Source of the DNA: an uncultured bacterium
GTDB taxonomy: Bacteria; Chloroflexota; UBA5177; JANWHV01
DNA: 64,000 bases
Assembly (NCBI GenBank): GCA_963827235.1
Contig: CAWHAE010000012.1
Location: 768,001-832,000 of the forward strand
Direction: 5' to 3'
The stretch's first letter is position 1; each line of letters opens with the position of its first letter. The notes beneath the pieces are model-generated. The model made no database searches. It worked only from the letters and a program-made list of their open reading frames with translations, and was not told the origin of the DNA. Positions 48,132 to 58,239 of the stretch are shown here, piece after piece. Both the position numbers and the translations under genes were made by a program.

Positions 48132-49225
48132 ACCGCACGCGCCGCCTCTGGCACCGCTTGTGGCGGCAGATCACCTGGCGACTGTTCGTCTCCTACCTGG
48201 TCGTCGGCCTGGCCGCTATCGCTCTGCTCGGGCTGCTGATACTGATCCTGGCAGCGGACTACTCCCGCATGCACCCCGCGAGCGCGGGCTTCAGAGTGGA
48301 GGTGCTCCAGGGCGTCGCCTTCGCGGCTCTGGCAGCCGTTGTCGCTTCCGCAGGCGCCAGTCTCTTCGTCTCTCGCCGCATCGTGCGGCCACTCAGACAG
48401 ATGATGGATGCCAGCCAGCGCATTGCCGCGGGTCAATATCACGACAGGGTGCCCGTCGACGACGATTTCGAGATCACCATGCTGGCCGACAGCTTCAACC
48501 AGATGGCCGTTGCCCTCGAGCGAACCGACGAGCTGCGCCGGGCTTTGATCGCGGACGTGGCGCACGAGCTGCGGACTCCATTGACCAGCATCAAGGGGTA
48601 CATGGAGGCCTTGCTGGACGGCGTGATGCCAGCAAGCAACGAGACGTTCGGCCTCGTGTACGCCGAAGCTTCGAGACTGTACCACCTCGTCGAGGATCTG
48701 CAGGAGCTGTCCCGAATGGAATCCGGTCAGGTTCCCATGGAGCTGCACCCTATCGACCTGGATCCCCTCCTGCGCGGAATTGCCAACCGAGTGCGGCCTC
48801 AGTTCGAGGCCAAGGGTGTGCGGATCGCCGTCTCCTGGGCCCAGAAGGGCGACCACGTCTTGGGGGATGAAGACCGCCTCTGCCAGATCTTCCTGAACCT
48901 GCTCAGCAATGCCCTGCGCTACACGCCTGCCGGAGGCAGCGTCCAGCTTCGAGGATACTCGGACCGGGACGGCATCCATGTGGTCGTACAGGACACCGGC
49001 ATCGGTATAGCCCCGGAGCATCTCGACCATATCTTTGACCGCTTCTACCGCGTGGACAAATCGCGGTCCCGTTCACAGGGCGGCACCGGCATCGGCCTGA
49101 CAATCGCCAAGCACCTGGCCGAGCTGCACGGCGGCTGTATAACAGTGAGCAGTGTCGTCGGCTCCGGCAGCGCGTTCACGGTCAGTCTTCCCGTGGCGCC
49201 GACGCGGTCATGCGCCACGGCGTAG
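48128..49225 (+). CDS. HAMP-domain sensor histidine kinase (BaeS-like, short extracellular loop)
   Basis: Two TM helices, HAMP, DVAHELRTPL, NLLSNALRY, DTGIGI, FYRVDKSR, GTGIGL. Confidence 0.95.
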   Translation: MNRTRRLWHRLWRQITWRLFVSYLVVGLAAIALLGLLILILAADYSRMHPASAGFRVEVLQGVAFAALAAVVASAGASLFVSRRIVRPLRQMMDASQRIAAGQYHDRVPVDDDFEITMLADSFNQMAVALERTDELRRALIADVAHELRTPLTSIKGYMEALLDGVMPASNETFGLVYAEASRLYHLVEDLQELSRMESGQVPMELHPIDLDPLLRGIANRVRPQFEAKGVRIAVSWAQKGDHVLGDEDRLCQIFLNLLSNALRYTPAGGSVQLRGYSDRDGIHVVVQDTGIGIAPEHLDHIFDRFYRVDKSRSRSQGGTGIGLTIAKHLAELHGGCITVSSVVGSGSAFTVSLPVAPTRSCATA

Positions 49226-49381
49226 CCCGCTCCGCAACGGCCACAGGCCCGGCGGAGCCGACCGTGCTGTCTGCTTTTCGTCATCCGGCGCCTCGCTGCG
49301 GGTGGCAGATCCCGCGCACTGGTATGTTCACTGAAGGTAAGCTACGCGGAGGCGGGTAGACGGGGCCGCTCCGGCCCCACG

Positions 49382-50770
49382 GTGACACGCCGAGTAGGTC
49401 TGGAGCTGTCGGGCATGGCGAGCGGTGGCCCCGGAACAAGCGGCCGGGTATGGCTGGGAGCGGGATCACTCGCTGCGGCATCGCGGCCGAAGCGTGACGC
49501 GCCGCGACCGACGTGGCCGGCTCCGCTCCTTGACAGAGTGCAGCCACGCCGCCACGGCTCCCCACCAGCACCCGACAACGGCGGGCAACCGTCGCGAAGA
49601 AGAATGCGCTGGCAGGTCACGGCCATGCTCTGTCTGCTGCTCTATTCGTCGCTGCTGTGGATAGCAAGCGGCACCCAGCACCAGCTTGCTGCACGGGACG
49701 CGCAGGCGCGGGCGATAGGCGCCGAGGCGGCAGGAACGGCGCCCACAAGCTGGTTGCGCGGCTGGGCGCTGAGCCAATTCACGCTCCGCCCGCTGCGGCT
49801 GTTCTACCCGGCGGCCTCGCCCACCGAGGCGGTCGCCTGGTCACCCGACGGAAGGTGGCTGGCCACCGGGTCGAGTGACGGCACGGTCGCGGAATGGCAA
49901 GCGCGCGATGGGCGCCTGCGTTGGGCTGTGCGTCCGCGGAGCGGCAGGGTCAGCTCGCTGAGCTGGTCGACCGACGGCGATCAGCTCGCGGTGGGAGTGA
50001 CGGGCGCGGCCCTGCTGTCTCTGGACGCGCGCACGGCTCAGGTCCAGTTTCTGGCGGCTGCCGCGCCACATGTCTCGCCGAGCGCCGCCTTCTCACCGGA
50101 CGGCCGCTGGTTGGCCTTAGCCACCGGGCGTGGCGACGTGCAGATCTGGTCTGCAAGCGGCACGCGCTCTCCGCGCTACGCGCGCACACTGGCCATAGGC
50201 GGGGCCACCACGGCACTGGACTGGTCCAGTGACAGTCGCCTACTGGGGATCGGAGGCATGACCGGCGCATTCTGGCTGTGGAGTGCCGAGTCCGGCCGCC
50301 TGACGCGGAGCTTGCCTGCCGGGCGGCACGGGCCGCTGTGGTCGCTGCAGTGGTCGCCGGTCTCCGCGCGTCTTGCCGTGGGCTGGGCCGACGGCAATGT
50401 CGAGATCCTCGCAGGATCTAGCCTCGTGCAGGCCGGGCTGTTGCACGCGGGCGGTGCCGTCAATACGCTGGGTTGGTCGGCCGACGGCTCCCTGCTTGCC
50501 GTCACAGCGGTCGGGAAGCCTCTGGAGGTGTGGGACGCCCAGAGCCGGACGCTCATCGCGCGTCTGGTCACCGGCTGGGACAACAATCAGGCCGCTTGGT
50601 CGCCGGACGGGCGGTTTGTGGCAGCCGGCACGGACGCCCACGATCTGCGGTTATGGCAGGTCGAGCCACCGGCCGCCGGCCTGGCCAGCCAGCTCTGCAA
50701 ACTGCAGCCCGTCGACTGTGCACTGCCGGCCGGACATCCCGGCGGCGTGACCAGTTATATGGGGCGTTGA
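49382..50770 (+). CDS. WD40-repeat beta-propeller protein with N-terminal TM/signal (start may be 49604)
   Basis: About 7 repeats of VAWSPDG..LA.G..DG.V..W. Confidence 0.85.
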   Translation: MTRRVGLELSGMASGGPGTSGRVWLGAGSLAAASRPKRDAPRPTWPAPLLDRVQPRRHGSPPAPDNGGQPSRRRMRWQVTAMLCLLLYSSLLWIASGTQHQLAARDAQARAIGAEAAGTAPTSWLRGWALSQFTLRPLRLFYPAASPTEAVAWSPDGRWLATGSSDGTVAEWQARDGRLRWAVRPRSGRVSSLSWSTDGDQLAVGVTGAALLSLDARTAQVQFLAAAAPHVSPSAAFSPDGRWLALATGRGDVQIWSASGTRSPRYARTLAIGGATTALDWSSDSRLLGIGGMTGAFWLWSAESGRLTRSLPAGRHGPLWSLQWSPVSARLAVGWADGNVEILAGSSLVQAGLLHAGGAVNTLGWSADGSLLAVTAVGKPLEVWDAQSRTLIARLVTGWDNNQAAWSPDGRFVAAGTDAHDLRLWQVEPPAAGLASQLCKLQPVDCALPAGHPGGVTSYMGR

Positions 50771-50870
50771 ATGTCTCGGCGCAGGCTCAAGCGGGCACAG
50801 CCCCTGCTGCTGTCCGCCCGGGGCAGCAACCGGCGCAGCCACGTGCCGTCGGGGGCCGATCCCAGCGGGA

Positions 50871-51170
50871 TCAGGCTAGCTCAACCGCCCGGCCATCACT
50901 CCTGGCCTCACCGGCAGCCGGGGGCGGCATGGCGAAGTCGTGGGACGCATCTGTCGCGTGACCCGGATGGAGGACCCACGTGAGGCTGTCGCGCCGGATC
51001 TCCAGCTCGCGCCGCCGGCTGTAGCACTCGGCTAACTCGGCTAACGCCTGCTGCCAGCCGTCCAATCCAAGTGACACTTGCTTCTGTAATGGCCTGATCT
51101 CCGCGGCAATGGCACTGAGCCGCTCGCCGGTCTCGCCCAGGCGCACTTGAATGTCTCGTTCGCTCACCAT
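50871..51170 (-). CDS. Small coiled-coil hypothetical protein
   Basis: GGAGG RBS; MVSERDIQVRL...RRRELEIRRDSLTWVL. Confidence 0.6.
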   Translation of the reverse strand: MVSERDIQVRLGETGERLSAIAAEIRPLQKQVSLGLDGWQQALAELAECYSRRRELEIRRDSLTWVLHPGHATDASHDFAMPPPAAGEARSDGRAVELA

Positions 51171-51326
51171 CGCCGTGCCTCCGGTCACGTGTCTAGACAA
51201 GTATCATTTCTGACTGCCACAGCATACCATGCTTGGCACCCCGGATGAATGGGACGTTATGCTGCGCAACTCGCGTGCCTCCGGGGTGCAGTGCGCTCCG
51301 ACCCCCGCTGGCTATGGGACCCGCTT

Positions 51327-51580
51327 GGCCGTGACATCAAGCGCCGCGAGGCAATGGAGTAGGCTCTGCGTGCGAGCGAGGCGCGGTTCCGCGAGGCGTT
51401 CGAGGAGTTTCCCATCGGCATGGCGCCGATCGACATGGACGGGCAGTTCCTGAGGGTCAAGCGCGTCCTGTCCGTGATGACCGGCTACGACGAGCCTGAG
51501 CTTCTTGGACGCAGCTGCTCAGGACGCGTGCTGCCCGACGACCTCGCCGCCAACCAAGAGATAACGCGCCGGCCGATCTC
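51327..51580 (+). pseudogene. Decayed PAS-domain fragment
   Basis: GRDIKRREAME*ALRASEARFREAFEEFPIGMA..D.DGQFLRV...MTGYDEPELLGRS...PDDL with TAG at 51360. Confidence 0.7.
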
Positions 51581-51691
51581 GTCGGACACGTGGATGGAGA
51601 CTGGATGCGGCCCGATGCGGCCAGGGCAACAGCCGACCAGCGCAGGGCGGCACTGCAGCTCACGCTGCCGCGCGTGCCGCCCGGCTGAAGC

Positions 51692-52606
51692 TTATCTGCC
51701 TGCCACCCTCATCTGTTCCACTTCGGGCACTATTCTCGATGCCAGCAGCTCGAACGGCTCGAGGTCGGAGACGTTCGGCAGGTTGAATATGGCTTGGTCG
51801 ATGCCGAGATCAGCCAGGCTCCGGAAATACGCGATCGCCGCATCAGGCGTCAGCGTGGCGTTGCGTCCATCACGGGTGATCGCGAGGCCGCTCAGGGTCG
51901 TCTTCTCGATCTGGTCGTATGATCGCCCAACCGCCTGGCAGTGCTCTCGCAGCACGTCGAGCTTGTGGCGGACCTGTTCTCCGGCCTGCGGGCCATAGGC
52001 GAACAAGTTGCAGGCGTCGGCGTACTGCGCTACCAGGCGGAGCGTCTTTCGCTCGCCGCTGCCGCCCACAAGGATCGGCGGGTGCGGCGTCTGTACGGGC
52101 CGCGGAGAATTCAGCGGCCGTGCCAGCTGATAGTGCTTGCCGCTATACGGCTGCTCGTTTCCCGACCACATCTGGTGCGCGACCTGCAGCGCCTCTTCCA
52201 GCCGCTCAAAGCGTTCTCCCAAGGCCGGAAACGGAACGCCAAGCCCTTGATGCTCTTCTTCGTTCCAGGCGGCACCGATGCCGAGGTAGGCGCGCCCGGC
52301 CGACAGCACGTCCAGCGTGGTCACGGTCTTCACCAGTATCCCCGGATGCCGGTAGGTGACTCCCGTGACCATGGTGCCGAGCCGGATGCGATTGGTGCGC
52401 CCGGCGGCGAACGCCAGCGCACTCCAGCCTTCCAGCATCTCATGCTCGGCCGGGCCAACCATGCCAATCTGGAAGAAGTGGTCCATCACCCACAGGCTGT
52501 AGAGGCCGGCTCGCTCGGCGCGTTCCGCGATACGCGCAAACGTCTCACCGAGCAATGCCCGCTCCTCGGGATAGGTGAAGTTCGGTACCTGAATTCCTAA
52601 CCGCAT
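51692..52606 (-). CDS. LLM-class F420-dependent oxidoreductase
   Basis: WVMDHFFQI, MLEGWSAL, GTMVTGVTYRHPG.L.K.VTTLDVLS.GR, GGSGERKTLRLVAQYAD.CN. Confidence 0.93.
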   Translation of the reverse strand: MRLGIQVPNFTYPEERALLGETFARIAERAERAGLYSLWVMDHFFQIGMVGPAEHEMLEGWSALAFAAGRTNRIRLGTMVTGVTYRHPGILVKTVTTLDVLSAGRAYLGIGAAWNEEEHQGLGVPFPALGERFERLEEALQVAHQMWSGNEQPYSGKHYQLARPLNSPRPVQTPHPPILVGGSGERKTLRLVAQYADACNLFAYGPQAGEQVRHKLDVLREHCQAVGRSYDQIEKTTLSGLAITRDGRNATLTPDAAIAYFRSLADLGIDQAIFNLPNVSDLEPFELLASRIVPEVEQMRVAGR

Positions 52607-53074
52607 GAGTCGCATCTCCCCAAATCTACTGCACCACGCCGCCGGCTCCGTACCCGGAAAGACCGCGCCTTCGCGTGCAGTCACGCGACAAGCCGCTATT
52701 CCAGTGTCCCCGCTCCGCGTCTAGCGCGCCTTCAAGTCGCCTGCGTTGATGGTGGCCGGCCTCGGGCTGCCCAGTTGCCGGTTCCAGCGTACCGGGAGCT
52801 GGCACAGGCGTGACTCCCGTCGAACGTGGGCATGGCGACGCCGCACGGCCCAGGCGACCCAGCAGATCCAGAGTGACGGTCGATGCGGAAGAACATGACC
52901 ATACGTGAGCACCGTCAAGGGCCCGACGTTGTCGCCCGCTTCCAGTCTAGCTGCGGGCAATAGCAGAGAAGAAGAATTGCGATGCACACGATCGGAGCCG
53001 AGATCCGCGGCACGCCCGACGTACTGCGCATGGTGCGCGCACGCGTACTCTCCGCGCCGAACCCCGGCAGCTTG

Positions 53075-53938
53075 CTACTTCACTGCGCCGGCTACCAGCC
53101 CGCGTACGAAGAACCGCTGCCCCGCTATGTAGACAAACAGCATGGGAACGGTGGCGATCAGCGCGCCGGTCATGATCAGGGGCTGATTGAGAAAGAACCG
53201 TCCCTTGAACTCGGTCAGCCCGGCCATCAACGTGCGCACGGAGTCGTCCTGCAGAAAGGTCAGCGCGATCAGCAGTTCGTTCCAGACGAAGAGCGCATTC
53301 ACGATCACCAGCGTGATCAACGCCGGCATGGAGAGCGGCAAAATAATGGCTGTGAAGGCGCGGAACTGGGAGCAACCGTCGATGGTGGCCGCGTCAATGA
53401 TCTCGCCCGGCACCGTGCGGAAGAAATTCGTCAAGAGATAGACAGAAAAGGGGATCATCAGGCCGGAGTAGATGATGATCGCGCTCCAATACGTATTCAC
53501 CAGGCCGATGTTCACCATCATCACGAACAAGGGAATGATCAGGATTACCGGCGGGATTACCATGAGCGCGATGAAGATATTCAGCGCCACGTCACGCCCT
53601 GGAAAACGCATGCGGGCGAAGGGATAAGCAGCCAGGGCACTAAGTGCCGTGCAGAGTCCAACAGAAAGCACGGTGACTACCACGCTGTTCCACATCCAGC
53701 CCAGCAACCGGCCGTCTGACAGTGCGGAGCTGAAATTGGCGAGAGTCGGATGCCGCGGCAGTCCCCACATGTTGACCAGGTACTCGTCTTTGCCCTTGAG
53801 GCTGGTCACGATGAGGAAATAGAGCGGCATGGCAGCGCCCGCGCAAGCAACAAGGAGCACCGCCTGCTTGAGCACCGCGGCGGGCGTCAACAAGGCAATC
53901 ACGGGAACGCGGCGACAGAGCAAGTCGTCGTCAGGCAT
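53075..53938 (-). CDS. Carbohydrate ABC transporter permease
   Basis: DAATIDG, WNELLIAL, FFVRGLVAGAVK. Confidence 0.93.
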   Translation of the reverse strand: MPDDDLLCRRVPVIALLTPAAVLKQAVLLVACAGAAMPLYFLIVTSLKGKDEYLVNMWGLPRHPTLANFSSALSDGRLLGWMWNSVVVTVLSVGLCTALSALAAYPFARMRFPGRDVALNIFIALMVIPPVILIIPLFVMMVNIGLVNTYWSAIIIYSGLMIPFSVYLLTNFFRTVPGEIIDAATIDGCSQFRAFTAIILPLSMPALITLVIVNALFVWNELLIALTFLQDDSVRTLMAGLTEFKGRFFLNQPLIMTGALIATVPMLFVYIAGQRFFVRGLVAGAVK

Positions 53939-54881
53939 CGTCGATCACCTCGCTTCGCCGGACCGTGAATTGCAGCACGACAAAGACCACGGTGACGCCG
54001 AGCAACAGCACGGCGGCAGTAGCGGCGATGCCCTGCTGGCGGAAAGCGAAGGCATTTTGCCAGATGTAGTACTCCATGACCTGCGACGAGAACCCTGGGC
54101 CGCCGTTGGTCATGACATAGATGTAGTTGAAGACGCCGCTCATCATGTTGATGACCTCGACCACCACAAAGAACTGAATGACGCTGCGTAACTGAGGCAG
54201 TGTGACATGCCAGTGCACGCGCCACCAGTTTGCCCCGTCGATGCGAGCTGCCTCGAAGAGCTCCTCGCGCACCGACATCAGGCGCGCCAGGAACAGCACG
54301 GTGCCGAAGCCCAGCTCGTGCCAGACAATGACACTCATCACCGACGGAATGGCCAGGTCCGACCTGCCGAGCCAGTCCAGCGCCAGTGCCCCCAGGCCAA
54401 GGGATCGCAGGGCTTCGTTGATCGGCCCGTTGAATTCGTACAGCAGGCTGAACACAGTCCCACCCACCGTGATGGCAATGATGTACGGCACGAAGATCAG
54501 TGTGCGATAGAGGCGCCAGCCTCGCACACGCTCGAACAGCAGGATGGCGAAGAGCAGCGAGAGCAGCACCAGGAACGGTATTGCCAGCAGAAGCTTGGCA
54601 TTGTCCCCGATAGCTTGCCAGAACACAGGGTCGGTGAAGACGAGGTTGTAGTTAGCGGAGCCCACGAACTGCGACTCGCCGACTCCGCCGGTCTGCGTGC
54701 TCTCCTGAAAGATGACCACCAAAGGATAGCCCAGCACCAAGCCGACGGCCAGGGCGGCGGGCATGATATAGAGATAGGGGATAAGGGCGGCGCGCACGCG
54801 CCGCCCCCTTCCTCGCCTGCGCGGAACGGTTGCCTCGTCCGCGCTCTTCGATCGCTGAGTCACGTCCGCACTATAGGTCAC
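53931..54881 (-). CDS. Carbohydrate ABC transporter permease
   Basis: EAARIDGAN, HVTLPQL, MTNGGPG. Confidence 0.93.
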   Translation of the reverse strand: MTYSADVTQRSKSADEATVPRRRGRGRRVRAALIPYLYIMPAALAVGLVLGYPLVVIFQESTQTGGVGESQFVGSANYNLVFTDPVFWQAIGDNAKLLLAIPFLVLLSLLFAILLFERVRGWRLYRTLIFVPYIIAITVGGTVFSLLYEFNGPINEALRSLGLGALALDWLGRSDLAIPSVMSVIVWHELGFGTVLFLARLMSVREELFEAARIDGANWWRVHWHVTLPQLRSVIQFFVVVEVINMMSGVFNYIYVMTNGGPGFSSQVMEYYIWQNAFAFRQQGIAATAAVLLLGVTVVFVVLQFTVRRSEVIDDA

Positions 54882-54883
54882 GG

Positions 54884-56230
54884 CTAGGAGCCGGAGGTGA
54901 TCCAATTAGTGAACTGCTTCATCTCAGTGGGATTCGACGCACGCCACTGCCGTGCCGTGCGCTCCCACAACTGCGTGGCAGAATCTGGAGTGCCGCCGCT
55001 GGTGACAGTCTCACCGGCGACCTGATCGCCGTTGAGGTCCAGCTGGGTCGGCACGTAATTCTCCAGCCAGACACTCTTCATGCCGACGTCCCAGGAGAGC
55101 ATCTGGCGCTGCAAGGGGTCCGCGATCGCCTTGGTGTTGAAGCGATCGTCGGCAGGAAACGCGCCGGTGCTGCGGTTCAGTGCCGCGAGACGCTCCGGCG
55201 TATGCATGAACATGAGGAACGTCGCCGCCTCGCTCTTGTGCGTCGACCAGGACGTGATCATCTCGCTGGACGACTGGGTCACGTCGTACCAGGACGCCAG
55301 CTTGCCGTTGCCGATCGACGGCTCTCGGAACACGCCCACATTGGCCTCGCCGAGCACGTGCGCGAAACTGACCACGTTGGCGTCCGTGGTGAAGGTCATG
55401 GCTGCCTGGCCCTTCACGAACGGCGTGGTACCGTTGTTAAGGTCGAGCGACGCCACATCGTCGTTGAGGTAGCCGGACGTCCGCATGGTCTCCAGCCCGG
55501 TCAGCCAGTCGGTGAACTGGCTATCGGTGAAGTGCGTCTGGCCCACCACAGCTCGCTTGACGTCGTCCACTGAGTTCAGGCTCCCTTTGCCGAACGTGCT
55601 CCAGAACCAGGCACCCGCGTAGCCGTCCTTGTTGCCCATGGCGAATGGGATGATGCCCTTAGCCTTGATCTTGGCGCAGTCGCTGAGAAACTCCGCCCAC
55701 GTGGCCGGCGGCTTGTTCGGATCGAGACCGGCCTTGCGGAAGATCGTCTTGTTGTAGACCACCGGAATGCCCATCAGGTAGAGCGGCATTCCCCACACTT
55801 TGCCGCCGTAGACATTCTCCGGCGTGCCGACCCAATGCTTGATCTCCGAGGCCGGGATGAGGCCGTTGAGAGGTACGATCGCGCCGGCCCAGGCCTGGGA
55901 CACCACGGGAATGGTGGCCCACTGCGTCGCGATATCCGGACCGCGGTGCGCGGCGGCAGCCGCCTGGAAGCTGCTGATCAGGGTATCGGTCGACTGGATG
56001 TCAAGCTTGATCTGAATGTTGGGGTGAGCCTTCTCGAACAGCGCAATGGTCTGGCGCATCCAATTGTCGGCGCCGGGAACGTCGCTCTCAGCCCACCACC
56101 AGTATGTCACCGTTACCGGAGCAGCCTGGCTTGCATGCGCCAGGGCCGTGGTCGGCGTGTGCGGATGAGCGAATGCCGGAAAAAGCAGCAATACTGCAGG
56201 CAAACAGTGCTTCAGTCGCGAGGTGATCAT
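54884..56230 (-). CDS. Carbohydrate ABC transporter substrate-binding protein
   Basis: Signal peptide, FEKAHPNI, GPDI, YNK.IF.KAGLDP..PP.TW.E; GGAGG RBS. Confidence 0.92.
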   Translation of the reverse strand: MITSRLKHCLPAVLLLFPAFAHPHTPTTALAHASQAAPVTVTYWWWAESDVPGADNWMRQTIALFEKAHPNIQIKLDIQSTDTLISSFQAAAAAHRGPDIATQWATIPVVSQAWAGAIVPLNGLIPASEIKHWVGTPENVYGGKVWGMPLYLMGIPVVYNKTIFRKAGLDPNKPPATWAEFLSDCAKIKAKGIIPFAMGNKDGYAGAWFWSTFGKGSLNSVDDVKRAVVGQTHFTDSQFTDWLTGLETMRTSGYLNDDVASLDLNNGTTPFVKGQAAMTFTTDANVVSFAHVLGEANVGVFREPSIGNGKLASWYDVTQSSSEMITSWSTHKSEAATFLMFMHTPERLAALNRSTGAFPADDRFNTKAIADPLQRQMLSWDVGMKSVWLENYVPTQLDLNGDQVAGETVTSGGTPDSATQLWERTARQWRASNPTEMKQFTNWITSGS

Positions 56231-56576
56231 TGAAACCTCCACACTTCTCGTACGCGTCTAGCGTCGCCAGAATACCAAGGTCATGCGCCTGGGCTGCGAC
56301 GCACCGTGTTGAGCGCCTATACTCCACGGGCCTCCGTTCTAGCTGCACCTCCCTGTCTGAGCAATCCCGCTAACTCTAGCATCGGGTTCGGCCCGTGGCA
56401 AGCAACTCCGCGCCACGACATGTGGCTCATTGGTCTGGTTCGCTCACCTCTGTTCCGCGTGGCCTACCCGCCTGCTGCTCTCCATCAAACCGGCAATCGC
56501 GCGGGCATAGCGACGAGCTCGTGGCCTGGTTGGCTCGGCCGCAACCGTGCATCCCGCTCGCGGAGGCGCCCCGGCA

Positions 56577-57959
56577 TCACAATGCCACAGCCTTGATGCC
56601 GGTAAGCTCGCAAAACGCCGTTAGCTCATCGTACAGGTGGGCGCCGTAGCCCAGGACCGCGTACTCGCTGTTCCAGTGCTCGATCAGCTTCTCCACGTCG
56701 CAGTGGGCGGTGATGAAGGCATGCGGCCAGTGCGGAATGCCGCATTCCAGGCGGCGCTGCTCTATCACGGCTGCGTCCGGCTCGAACACAGTGCAGCGCG
56801 TGAACACCATCTCGAACTCGCCGTTGTTCCTGCCCATGTGGGCAACCACCCCTTCGCCGGGCTTGCAGACCAGGTCTACGGAGAGGCCGCCGGCTCCGCC
56901 CTCGGTCGGGATGCCGTGCTCGCCGAACCTGGCCGGTCCAACGGTGCCGGCCAGCGAGGGCGGACAGGCGCCGTCGCCGATGATCTTGAACTCCTTTTTC
57001 GCCTTGTCAATGTGCTGGAAGTCGCCGTAGTAGACGGGCTCGTCGCCAAGATCGCTGAGCAGCTTCACCGTCAGCAGCGTGTTGAGATCGCTCAGCGTGG
57101 AGGTGACGATGCGCCGGTCAAGCATCATGCTCTGAGCGAAACAGGTAGCGCTGTAGTCGTCACCCAGTCCGGGGAAGGACTGGATGGTGTAAGCATCCCA
57201 ACCCTCTGCGGTCATCACCTTCTGCAGCGCCAGGTACAGACGCAGGGAGCGGTCCGCCGCCTCGTCCTCGGGGATAGGCACGGAGAAGAGCGGCTGGATT
57301 TCCTTCCGCGCGCGTTCGAGATCATCGGCAGTAATCTGCTTTGCCGTCTCCAGCAGCTGCGTCGTGTCGCGCGAGTCGATGTCCACGCCGAAGGCACGCA
57401 GCCACTGCGAGGGATCGGCCACGCCGCAGGTCTGCCCCATCCCCCGGCCGCCGAGAACGCCCACCGTGCTCATGTTGAGGCTGTTCATCACATGGCTGGC
57501 CCGGCAATAGGCCATGATCCGCTCGACCGTCTGAGGATCGTCGTAGGCGCCGTACACGAAGCGGTGCGGTATGCCCACTTCCCTGAGGCCGGCGTGCATG
57601 ACAAGCCCACCGACCGGGCGCCAGCCCTGCGAGCCCGGATTGGTCCAGAGCAGTACGCTCTTGCCGCAGCAGGTGAAGTCGCGCACGGCCGCGACGAGAT
57701 GCGCGGCCCATACCCAGGTGCCGGAGAACAGAACAAGGCCGTCGAGATCGTCGATCTTCTTGTACCGGGAAAGGCACGCCCTTGCTTCCTGCTTGGTGGC
57801 GATGACCAGGTCCTCCACGACCAGGTCCGCTCCGGCGGCCTCGAGGGCTTTCCTGGCCTGCTCGACCACGGCATCGTCGACGAACGGCTGCCCCATGGGG
57901 TCTGGAAGACCGTCCTTGTGGACGCCATACACGACAAATCCGATCTTGGGCTTCACCAT
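56577..57959 (-). CDS. L-fucose/L-arabinose isomerase superfamily protein (divergent)
   Basis: Three-domain FucI-like layout: FSGTW, GI...FVYG, G.R.MG, YLAL, YGD, WPHAF, late GYG. Confidence 0.75.
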   Translation of the reverse strand: MVKPKIGFVVYGVHKDGLPDPMGQPFVDDAVVEQARKALEAAGADLVVEDLVIATKQEARACLSRYKKIDDLDGLVLFSGTWVWAAHLVAAVRDFTCCGKSVLLWTNPGSQGWRPVGGLVMHAGLREVGIPHRFVYGAYDDPQTVERIMAYCRASHVMNSLNMSTVGVLGGRGMGQTCGVADPSQWLRAFGVDIDSRDTTQLLETAKQITADDLERARKEIQPLFSVPIPEDEAADRSLRLYLALQKVMTAEGWDAYTIQSFPGLGDDYSATCFAQSMMLDRRIVTSTLSDLNTLLTVKLLSDLGDEPVYYGDFQHIDKAKKEFKIIGDGACPPSLAGTVGPARFGEHGIPTEGGAGGLSVDLVCKPGEGVVAHMGRNNGEFEMVFTRCTVFEPDAAVIEQRRLECGIPHWPHAFITAHCDVEKLIEHWNSEYAVLGYGAHLYDELTAFCELTGIKAVAL

Positions 57960-58024
57960 GCTGTCTGCTCCTCGAGATCGCTCTCTAGATGTTCAAGAGG
58001 CTGTCCATGTGCCGAGCCGCGTCC

Positions 58025-58053
58025 ACTCTAGCACCGGGCTTTCCCATTGTCAA
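58025..58053 (-). promoter_or_regulatory. Sigma70 promoter for the isomerase-ABC operon
   Basis: Minus strand TTGACA-17 bp-TAGAGT with extended -10 TG. Confidence 0.7.
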
Positions 58054-58062
58054 GCGAGTCGT

Positions 58063-58151
58063 GGTACCGGTAACGCGACGACGGCAGCCGCATTGCGCAA
58101 GGAGAATCACGTGTGCTAGACTCTGCGCCGGCGGTACCGTTAACGTATAAT
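58063..58151. promoter_or_regulatory. Two candidate LacI operators GGTACCGKTAAC (58063-58074, 58133-58144) and a TATAAT -10 (58146-58151)
   Basis: Repeated CG-centred near-palindromes in the divergent promoter region of a LacI-containing locus. Confidence 0.6.
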
Positions 58152-58239
58152 GGGGTCGGTGGCCGGGGCCCAAGAACAGGGTGGCTATGCCTTGACCGCG
58201 GCTCATCCTTAGGTACGAGATAGACGCGCGAGGTGCGAC

